Below are positions 15,301 to 27,300 of a stretch of 64,000 nucleotides of DNA, piece by piece (position 1 is the stretch's first letter; each line of letters starts with the position of its first letter). The notes below the pieces were generated by a model. The model did no database searches. It was not told the origin of the DNA and saw only the letters and a program-made list of their open reading frames with translations. Origin of the DNA: Perna viridis (lineage: Eukaryota). The translations under genes and the position numbers were made by a program. The stretch covers positions 25,916,001 to 25,980,000 of the forward strand of contig CM074512.1 of the NCBI GenBank assembly GCA_037379345.1, read 5' to 3'.

Positions 15301-18300
15301 TGAATTTATAGTTACAGTTTTGTAATGCTTTTACCAATTTTTGTAATAAATTACTTGTATAACATCATGTTTTTTCAAATATTCATATATATATATAGCC
15401 TTGTTTAGTGTTATTGTAACATTACATGGACACTGATAAGGAAGGCGATTTGTTGGTTGAAATATTTATTTTTATGTGGGGCACAAATTTGGAACCCTGT
15501 TCTTTTTTTGATTTTTTTTTAGATAACTGAAAAGTTATTTTTCTAGTTATCTAAGAAATTCAAATTGCATATCAGGCTAAATTGACAAATTTACAATAAC
15601 TAGTGTAAGCAATACTTTTGAGTACTTTTACTACATTTAGTTATTAAACATTTACAATCTCATGCTCTGAAAATCCCCTGTTATAAAGTAAAAAGATTTC
15701 TAGGTTACCGCATTGTATCATAAAAAATCTGGTTCACTCTGAAAAATTTGCTACAATGTAAACCTTGGTTAGTTTGTCTGGACTAACTTCTTCAGTTCCC
15801 ACTTCTCTTAAGGGCAGTCCATATTTATATTTTTTCTTTGCCAAAAATAAAAATGTCAGTGTCAGTTGATTTATAAAGAAATCAAGCCAGTTACATATTC
15901 TATTTGATATGATAATTTACATGGTATGTGTTTAATGTTTTGACAGCTGAAAGAATTCTATTGTTGAGTCAACAGTTAATTTAAGATATCTTTTAACATA
16001 TAACAGTAGTATTATTTGAATTTGGAATTATTTTGGATTTAAGAAAATAAGTGAAATAATTAAATATGAACCTTACCCTTCTAAGGGGGTTAGTCATGCC
16101 ATCATGATCAAGGGGGGTTAGTAAGTTTCCTTGATTTTTGTTATCCTACTAACCCTACCTCTTAGCCATGCCGGCATGACTAACCCACTTAGTAAGGTTT
16201 ACTTTTACAAATTTATTTTTGGTCATTTTCTTAATTCCAAAATAATTCCTAATTCAAACAATACCTTGTTTAATGCATTCAACTTAGAGAAATTCATTGA
16301 CATGATGTCATTTGAGGTCACACGTGGTCTTGGTGATTCTACCTGTATGGTCACGTGTTCTTGGGGACAACATTTTTATTCCTTTTGTTTTGTCACGTGT
16401 GTTCTTGATGACAGCATTTTTATTCCACTTGTATGTTCACACTGGGACCTGAGGTAACTAATCCAAATAACTTTGCATTATAATTGTTTAACCTTAGTTC
16501 ACCCTACTCCAGTTTCAGATATTTACATTATCCAAATTTAGTCCTGATTTTGCAAAGTATTAAAAGGGTATCAAGAAATACAATATCTAAGGTTCAATAA
16601 AGAACTATTGAATCCAAGGTTTAACGCTGCATAGTTTCATTGCACATATTTATGATTTTAGATATTCTACATAGTATTCCTGATCTTGTTCAGTTTAGCA
16701 ACACTATGGCCCTATTGTGGTAGTTTGAAGCTGGATATGGCAGTGTTTGGATGGACTCTGATGATCTGGACAGAACTTGTCAGAACAACGATTGTGAAGT
16801 GGAAGGTACATACAGATGTGCTGATCTTACTTCTGTCAACAGACTCACATTTTTTTTACTGTTTTTCCCATGTATCTTGTTAACTACATGAGATGAATTA
16901 TAAGTGTTAGAAAATTAAAATTATTATCAAAATTTTATTGTCCATATCACTGTAAGTTTTTGTGTGAAATTAACATGTCTTATGTGTTTTTGTTATTGGT
17001 TTTTCAGATATCTCAGAAATGGTGAATCAGATAAATAACTGAAGTATAAAAATTCGTCCATGAAATTCCTTAAATCCTCATGGATTTGTGAAAATTTAGT
17101 TGTTATTTATCTCTCAGTAGACTTACAACACAATAACATAGCCATATAACATCTTTTTTTTTTTTTACATGATTATGGAAGGTGAGCGACTCAGGGGTAT
17201 AATGAATTGCATGATTATGGTAAGGTGAGCGACTCAGGGGTCTAATGAATCACATGATTGTGGTAAGGTGAGTGACTCAGGGCTCTAATGAATCGCTGTC
17301 TATCATAAATGATTGGATAGGAACTATTTAAAGAATTCAAATGCAAGTATTTTCAGCAAGTTTGTTATACTGGCATATTCTACAGTTGTATTACTTTACT
17401 GAAATGATTGCATATTTAGTTCTTTCAGTTATTATAATAGAATTGTTCCTGTATGATTTCAGAAATACAGAGAATTGGATTTGTTCTGGACTGTAATAGA
17501 GATATTTGTAATGTTTTTCCTCATCATAGTAGTATTTACAGCCAGGATACCACAGTACTTCAAGCCATTCTTTACTTATCTCACTACCAAGTTTATCATG
17601 AGCTGTGGACTTATCTACTTCTATTACCGAGTTCTGGTGGTATTTCTGCCAATCAGTTCTATTTTGGGTCCTATGATTATTAGCATCAGAAGGATGGCAA
17701 GTTTTTTTATGCTTACATAAACGTGCTACAATAAACTAAAGAATATTTACATGTTTTATTGACTTATTGACCTAATATCTTTTTTGGTTTAATCTTCAAT
17801 ATTCTGAGTCCAACACTATCAGTAAGCATTTTTGGTTAATTACTCATTTTATGAACCTTTAAAGCAGATTTTTTTTTTAATATAAACAAATTGGAATTGC
17901 CACGATGTTATTGCCATGATTTTTGTTCAGAATTCAGCTTTCATATTTTCAGCTGGTTTTCTTTATTCATATATTTTGTTCTTGTAGTTTGTATTGAGTA
18001 GGATTAGCTTTAAGGGTTTGTTTTGTAAATTTTTGCTAGAAATTTAGTAAAGATTGTATCCTTTACAGATAAAGCATGATTTTCTGACCTGGTTTAGAAT
18101 GTTTATAATTATTATGGTGTCAGGAGCCATTGCTATTCAGGCAGTATTGTACCCAAACTATCCACTGATTCCTGAAGCTATCAGGGTATCATTTTCCAGG
18201 GCATTCTTTGCCATGTTCCTAACAAAGATCGATGACTTGGAAGGTATGTAGGCCTAATATGGTAAATCAAAGCAAAAAAATAGTTAGATTATTATCCAAA

Positions 18301-21300
18301 ACTTGAACAAACACCAGAAAAAAAATAAGGAACTAGAAAGAAAAATTGAAAGACTCTATATTAAAATATAATCTTTCAGCTAAGCAAAACTTGGATAATG
18401 AAGTAAGTGCACTCGTAGGGTAAGCATGTGCTTTTAGAGACACCCACTCAGTTGTATATGATGCGCTTAATTAAATACTGAGTAAAAAAAGTCTGTGGTA
18501 AGAATATTAAGTCAACCCAATAACACATATATGGTCAAAGATGTACTCAAGTTATCATGTACATGAGTAAAAGGAAGTAATTTGTCTATATTTTTGTTTC
18601 AAATTAAATGATATAAAATCATCTGTCATCTTTACTGATAATTATATCTGAAAAAAAGTTTTTTTTTGACATTTTCCTTTTCATTTATATCAACTGATTA
18701 TATATGGAGAAGTAATCAAAATTTCTTCATTATGATTGGTGTTGAATTGGTATACTTTAATAGAATCATATTGCATTTCAAATCTTCAAAAAAATTAATT
18801 TTTATAACCTGTTTCCATTGAAAAGTATGTACATCTTTCCAGGAGCTGAATGTTCTTCTATGTATAACAATGTTACAGTTATTGATCGTTGTTATGGTGA
18901 GTGTCATTATATTTTCATATTATAGATATACTGTTAATTCTAAAACTATTGATATGATAATTTGTTAAATGGATTGTAATCACACTAATTAAAACTTACA
19001 TAATGGAAGCTACTATTTTTTAAGATTTTCCTAAAGCGTTTAAAAAATCTTTATGAATTTTGGTGTGTGACTTTATGAAGATGGGGCATATGTTGAAAGC
19101 TATTTTAGGTGCTGTCTGCTATGAACTTCCTATTTTTTAGGACTTTGCCATTTTTCACTGTATGGAACGATAAGAAAATCTTTGTCACAAAAATCTCAGC
19201 TCCCAAAAAATAGATTGTTTTCAAATTTGGTTTGTTGAATTAAATAATGGGGCATACTTTGTAAGGTATTTTGGGTGCTATCCAGTATCAAGTGAGTATA
19301 CACCTAACATTATAGTATGACTTGCAGGTTTATGTTTAATGTACCTTTTGTTTGCAGAGAGGAGGGAGCCTTTGAAGTCACTGTTCAGAAGAACAAATGA
19401 ATCAATATTTTGTAAGTATAAATGTCAGAGCTTCTAAATAAATGATACTTTGTGTCAGAAATGGCATTATTATTATTTTCATTTGCAGATTTCACTGTTT
19501 ACTTTTTAAAATTGTTAATAATTTTCTAGCTTCCAATATTTTTCCTGTTTGGCTCTTCTATGATGGGGCCTTAAATTGTTTGTAGTTGCCATAAAGATTG
19601 TTCTGTAACTTAGTAATTTTTTTACTGTTTTCTCTTCAAATTTGTCCTGAATCTGGAAGCAGTTTTCTAGAAATGAATTTCCAGTGGAGCCAGCAGACAA
19701 CCCATCACATTTTGTACACACTTTAATCATTGAAGACTACATGTTATTTAAGCAAATTCCAAAATGTATGACACACTCAGTGAAAACTAAAAAATATTGA
19801 CTGGCCTTTCCTCATTCACCAAAATTCAGTTTTGTTAAAATTCTAAAGGATTGACATACAATGAGCTCATAGATGTAGGCTATATAAAACATCACATGAC
19901 TCATACTGGCTAAAGGGTGCCTCAGGGATGTGCATGATAGGGAATTTATTTCCTAAGAGTTGCAACTGATGTCAAATTACCATGGCTTATCATCTAAGGT
20001 GATATCACACTCTTCTTTACAGCTAAAGATGAGTTATCTAAGTGTCCTTACAGTAGTTTAGGAGGATATTTTGTAGTCATACAGTACCTGCTCATTGTCA
20101 AGTTGATATTGGTCACTCTATTGTTTGCATTGTTCAGGTATGTATGAGACTATTTAGTGACTTAATTTGTATCTTTTATTTCTTTGGTGTTTCTTTTTTA
20201 ATAGACAGATATTAATTTGTTTTGAGAAGTCAATTGGAATATTTTTATGTGAGATTGCAAGGATCTTTGAGAATTGGATACAAAACCAATGATGTCATAT
20301 ACAAAGAATGCATAATATAAGGATTTCTGTAGAAACAGGTTGTTAGATATTGGTTAGAATCTGTTTTGCAAACAGTTGATAAGTGTATGTACACCCAGTC
20401 TCAATAGACTGAATATTAAATTGCATATCAGGGGCTCAAATTTCTTTAAACTTTATATATTGCAACAGTAGAAATATGTTACAGTAATAATTGCTCAAAA
20501 AGATTTTATATTTATTCACCCTTTCAATATTATTACCAAAGAATTATAAATTTTACTTTTATTACACTATCTTGAAATATGATATGACTATGATACTGAC
20601 TCTTTACTTGATATATCCAGATACAAAGTTTATATAGGAACCCCCTTCTAAAAGAAACCCTGAATGATTCAATGGAATTTTATGAAACTTTATTGGAAGG
20701 TTTGGCATCATATATTAGATGTGCATGAAGTAAAATAATGATTGCCAGATGCCTTGAAAAAGGGAGAATCCAACTAAAGGGTATAACATGTTGTAAGTGG
20801 GTTTCTACTTGGCTCACTAACCCCCTCCTTACAAATTATAGTTCTGATTTGTTTATGAGTGTATTACATTTATTGTAATTTAATCACATTAGAATATTAT
20901 CTTTTTTCTCAGCTTATTCATATTTACCAATGCATATAATGGAAAAAACTGCCTTTTTTTATTTCGTGGGTACAATGTAACAGTTCCCTGTACTATTTCT
21001 CAAATGAAGGTTTTGATTTTCTGAATTTCTTTCAACAGTCGTACAACAGCCAATGTTGAAGAAGAATCAGAAGCAATTTACAAGTTTCAGAAATATAGTT
21101 TGATTGTGGACTTCGAGGAGAAATTAATAATGCCACCTCCACTTAATATCATAAGCTACACTATGATGATATTCCAGAACCTCTTCAAGTATCTCTGTTG
21201 TCTGTTTAAGAAGTGTAAAAATTGCTCCCACTGCTGCAGAAGAGATGATTCTGTGGTAGGTTTGACAGGTGTGGTACGAAAAGAACAAGAGAAGTAATAA

Positions 21301-24300
21301 CAAGAGTCTTAGGAATGGATTAGTAGGGAAACTTTAAAAGGATGCTGATAAAGGATAATTATTTTAACTGCATAAACATATTTTAAATATTAACATTCTT
21401 TTTCATCATTGAAATGAGAACTACACTGAATGATAAGTTAGTTCCAAGGCTTTTAGATCTTTATTTGTCATCTACATCTCTAGGTTATAAATATCTCAGT
21501 TATCATTGTAGATTTGTATATTTCTGAAAGGTCAATTATTTGTGATATCCTTGTCTCTAGTAAAAAATATCAGAAGGCACTAGACAGCTGTATTTTGCAG
21601 GATGGGGCAAGAAAAGTTTCTATAATGATGATGCAATATTCAGAGGACTATAGCTACTGGGGCAACTTTGTTAAAAAGTTGGATTATGATGAACATGAAC
21701 AAGAGAAAGAAAAGGACAGAGCTAAAATAGAAAGTGAAAAGTAAGTCATCTTGATAATATAAATTTCAGGTGCTAAGTATTAGGCAAAAATTATGTATTG
21801 TTAGCAATTCCTATGCTATTTGATGTATCATTTTTAATTTATTAGTGAGCACCACAAAGCAGTGTGAGCTGTACGGTTATTACATGTACTATCTAATTTT
21901 CCTTAAGGTTCCTCAATATACATTGTACTAAAGAAAAAAAAGTCAGGTCCTGGAAGTAACAAAAAGTGACTTTCCTTATGGAGAAAATTCAATGTTTCCT
22001 TAAATCAAACTAACAAAAATATAAAGGTTAAGATTACATTCAGTAAAAATTAACTTAATCTTTTCTGATAGTTTTCGAGTTTTGGATGTACGTATGTATC
22101 GATGCTGTTCTACTGTTACTCTTGTCAAGAACCTAACATGCCTTGGAAAAAATATATTGTAATATCCAAATCGACGAATAGCTTTTCTGTAATAGGAATG
22201 ACAATTATTTTCTTTTTGAAATTGGCAGAGCTCTGTCAGTTGCATCTGAATTTTGTTTATGTCACGATATGTGTAAGAATAATCAAAGGAACCAAGATTC
22301 TAGCGGAAATCAAAAGAATGTTATCCAGGGACAAAGACCAGACATGGAAAACAGACAAACACAACAAAGAACATAAGATAACAAAAATAATATATACAAA
22401 GTAACAAAAGTAAATGAGCAATTCTGACTCCACTTAAAACTGGGAGCATGGACCAGGTGTACCAGTAGGGTAAGCTTCCTCTGTTTTTCTAGAAACATCT
22501 GCAGAGTTGCTCATGTCTGGGGTGAACAAAAGAGGAAAGGATAACTACGACAGGTTGAACAAATCAGTTATAAAATATTCCCACCATCTGCCTACAACTG
22601 TAATATTTCCAATATCTGTATAAATTAATCTGACCTGCTACAACAGAAAAGGATGTTTCTAGTGATGTCCTTAAGGGTTAAAAATTTTAAAGCATGGCAA
22701 AGTGAGACAAATTTATCCACCATTTTGAAAGCGAGGGAAAAGGAGGAATATGACTGGGATTTTGGAAAAACTTTTCTCTAATTTTGCTTCAATTTTCATA
22801 CCGCTTGACCGATGTGGAAAAAGATGTTCTCATCACTAGTGACTTTTTTGTTCTCAGAGTTTGATTGGCTTAGAAATGGATTGTCTTGGACTCCATCTAG
22901 AATCGCCATAATTGCCATTGTAGTTATCTTTCAGTTAAATGAGATAGTTTGGTGTTTTCTTTCCTTAAATAAGAATTATGATGGGACTGGGGAAGATTTG
23001 AAGTGAAAAAACATTTGAAATCGTCTGGTTTCCTTTGTTTGGAATGTTTGCCTTTGTGTGATGTCAACATGTTTCCTATGAATCGGAATCATAACATTTT
23101 GCACGCTTTTCATTTTTGGATATTTTTGACGTGTTTTGGGCATTAGAGAGATAGTTAAACAGTTAAAAAAGTTTTAGCATTTTTATAGCCCAACGTGAGG
23201 GGTATATAGGGATAGGGATGTCTTTTCATCCTTCTTTCCTTCCTTTGCACTGTTACACAGAGGGGGACCCATGTCTTATCCAATACTCCTCCTAAACTTA
23301 TTGAAACTTTCACAGAATCTTTATTACAATTTCCCATTGTTTCCCTTTTATTTAAGATTGTGATCCATATCAATTAAGGGGTTCCACATGGTAAAACATG
23401 AACTTTGTCATTTATGAATATGGGAACATGGTGGAGACCTATCTCTTCTGTCATCTTCCTACATAGCCAAGTGAAATTTTATGAAACTTCACAGAATCAT
23501 TTACAACTTCCCCTTAAGTGCTCAAGGGATTTTGATGAAATTCTATAGCAATGGTAGATATCATATATAGATGTGCATGAAGAGTCATAATTACTGTTGG
23601 AGGACTCCAAAGGGAGATATCCAAATTAAGGGTTTTACATGTTAAAACCTTGTTAGTGCAACTCCTCCATAACTGCTCAAGGGATTTAGTTGAAATTTAT
23701 AGGAAGGTTGGGTATTGTTTGGAGATATGTTGAAGGAATATAATTACTGTTGGAGGACTCCATACATGATAAAACCTCGTAAGTACAACTCCTCTTAAAA
23801 GTTCTCTATGGATTTTAAAGTAATTTTACAGGAAGGTCTGGTATCATATGTAGATGTGCATGAAGGTGTATAATTATTGTTGGATGACCAACAATTTATT
23901 TTAAAGTCTATTTGAAACAGGGGTTGTTCTCTTTGTGAGCACAGTATTTCTTGTCTGTTATGTTATAATATGTAAATTGCCATATTCACTCTGTCTTATG
24001 GTCTCAGATAAATGACCTTGCACTCAAAATTTGAATTTCTATCAGAGTAATACCAAGCTGAAATCAAAGCTTGTACCCTTGGCATTCTGTAAAGATTTTT
24101 TGGAATGAAACTTGGTTGACAAAAAGATTTTTCTAAGACTTTTTCAACTTATCTCCCCTGATATAATTTAATTTCTTAATGAGGTGCTTTTATAGTAGTA
24201 CATGTAATTGACAGGGCTATTCTGGGAACAATTTAGTGACAATCTAAATACAGACTTAAAGTGCAGCATTTACGATTATGAATAGTACATATTTGGCCTA

Positions 24301-27300
24301 AAATTTATGATTACATACAGTATATATCATGCAAGTAATAAAACTGAAAAAAAAAATGATTTAAAAAAAAAAATTTGTTTCTACCCACTTTGTGTTTCTT
24401 TCCTATTGTCTTAGTTTCCTATGTATTTACTAACATTATCCTTTTGCTTTTTCTCTACAACATCTAGTCTTTTTCAGTGTCTATCTGAAGCTCTGATTTT
24501 TCAATGTAATTTTTTCCCATAGGTTGGACAGTCTAATTGCCCAGTTTGCATTAGAAAGAAAACATAATGGTAAAATGGTTGAGCAAATCTCTAGCTTAGA
24601 AACAAATGTTGCTAACTGTCAGATAGCTTTAGAAGAACTGAAGCATATGATAGAGAAAATTAGTGAGTAAATATTACTGGTGGTATTTTTATTGTTCCAC
24701 CATGATTTAGATATGTAAAATTTTACTCTGCATACTGTAAAAAAAATGCCCAAAATAAAGCTAAATTGAAAGTGTCTTATAATCAAAACTATAATTGTAC
24801 TGTTTAACCAAAAATTTTGTGACAATCAATTTTTTTTGTTATTTTGCAATGACGAAGACTCCACAAAAATATGGTGAAATATGATTACAATTTATTTTTA
24901 CCTTAGAAGCTTGTGATCAGTAACTAAGTCCCCAAGTAACCCTTGTACAATCACAATCATGATCAATATTGTATAACCACAAGTAGTCAACTATTTGCAT
25001 TCAAATTTTAAAATTTGATGTCAGTGCACCTAAGGCAAGCATGTCTTGAACTCTGATGAGTCATTTAGTTGATATAAAATATTGGACTCTCCTTGCTTGT
25101 TGGCCAGATTGGTTTTGAGTTTATTAGATCAAGATTGCATATTACACTCAGGTAGTTTTTGACAGAATGACAGCCTTTAATTTGTTTGTATGCTTTCTTT
25201 CAGAGGGAAAATTAGTATTTTATTAGTATTTTAAAAATATAAAAAGGAATATAACATTCCATACATTGAACATACTGAAGCAGCTTACAACTAATGATCA
25301 ATATGAATTTTAGATCCACACTTACAGCCAGCATTAACTTCAGAAGAGAAAATGATACATATACTCAGTAGAAGATCTCCTTACCCAGAAACAGTAGTCG
25401 CTAGGTTTTCTGTTTTTGACAAATATGTGCCTTGGGAGGTAATTGCATTTGTTAATTTGTAGATAAAAATTGTAATAGGAACTTTTCCTAAAACCCACAA
25501 TTGAATGTTTATTCATTGTCACTTTTAAAAAAAATATTTGCATAGCAGCAAAAATTTATGAACTGCTATGAATGAATCCATCTTTCAAATGTGTAAGCAT
25601 AAATCAGTAATTTAATTTCAGATGTTTCCTTTTTAAAAAAGATCTTTACTCTTTTTAATCCACCTTTCAATATACCCTCTAACTAAGTGATGTGGGAATC
25701 CTTTGCCTGTCTGTGAAACTACTCAAAAACCTATCGAATATGAGGGTTCAACATTATACCAGTAGGATTTGGTTTGACAGATGCTTTGTATGGAAGATAA
25801 TCATATTTAAATACAGGTATTTTATATGTCACACTCAGGTTTATCACTCAATTAGCTTACTCAGTTCTAGATAAAAAAGGACTTCCAATGTAACATTTGG
25901 ATAGTTTCAAATTAGATTTTTTTCATATTTATATTTGTATATAGGAATCAACCCATTTGTCTGTTTGTCCGTCTGTCCCCATATTGTGCTAGCACAAATC
26001 CTCCTAAACTGCTCAAGGGATTTTGATGTAATTTTATAGGACTGTTGGGCATCATATGTAGATAGTTGCTGTCTGATGATGTGAGAGGGAGATAATTCAA
26101 CTCAAGGCTTTTACATGTTTTAACTTGTCTGCACAACTGCTCCTTAACCATGCAAGGAGTTTTGTTGAAATTTTCTTTGAAAGGTGGGCATTGTATGTAG
26201 ATGTGCATAAAGGATTGTAGTTACTGTTCGATGACTAGAAAGGGAGATTATCCAACTTATAGAGTTTTACATGTTAAAACCTCGTCAACACAACTTAAGG
26301 GATTTATTATGAAATTTTGTAGGAAGGTTTTGCATCATATATAGATGTAGATGAAGAAAAATAATTATAGTGTGAGGACTCCAAATGGATATACAAGGAT
26401 ATATAATTGAACTTATGAGTTATGTAACTTCATTTGAAGTGCGGGTACTGTAGGTAATGTCAGAGGACTCTAAAGCAAGTTAATTGAGCTTAAGTGTTAT
26501 ACATTTTACTTTCTACTTTATAATTAGTATCGTATATATATGTTGTATTGTCTTTTTTTCCAATCTGAGCAGACACCATACAGTACCTATGACCCAGTGA
26601 TTTACACATGTCCTGTTGATCAGTATCCTTCAGAAACTCAGCCATTTGTTGATCCAGATTTTCTTAAGTAAGTCTATTATCACTTAAAAATAATAATAAA
26701 ATGGGGACAAAATACAGTATAACACATGAAGAAGGGGCTTAAAATCTTTATTATATAACCATAACTTAGAAATAATCTAAACAATCAATAACTATACCTA
26801 ATGAAAATGTTAGCATATAAAATCTGTGTTGTTTTGTGTGTGTGTGTGTGTTTTTTTTTTTTTTCATTTTTGTCCATGGCTTTAATATATGCCTATGTTT
26901 AAAGTGAGCTGTAAAGGGTGATCAGGCTCTCTGGATGTTCTTTTATATACTTCTCTCTTCCTTTAACTGTTGGATTTTTGTGAAAATTTCGGGACTTCAG
27001 GACTTGACTATTACTTAATACTGCTGTTTACCTTCTATTTCAATTTATAGTTCCAATCAGCGAGTGAATGGTATATTGACATCACCTTGTCTGTCCATCT
27101 TTTGGTCTGTCATTCCCTCCATCCTAATTTTGGCTCAATTATCTCAGCTCCCAATAGATGAATTGATTACAAACTTGTTTTGTGGCTTTATATTGGTGGA
27201 GAATAACTTGTAAGCGAATTTGGTTGTGTCAAATATTAAATTCTTGTACAAGTAGGAGTATACCTAGCATTTCAATGTGTGTAACTTCATGTTTATTTTA

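Noticed and set aside
25050-25090. CTGATGAG hammerhead-like core
   Set aside because: No correctly placed GAAA or supporting stems
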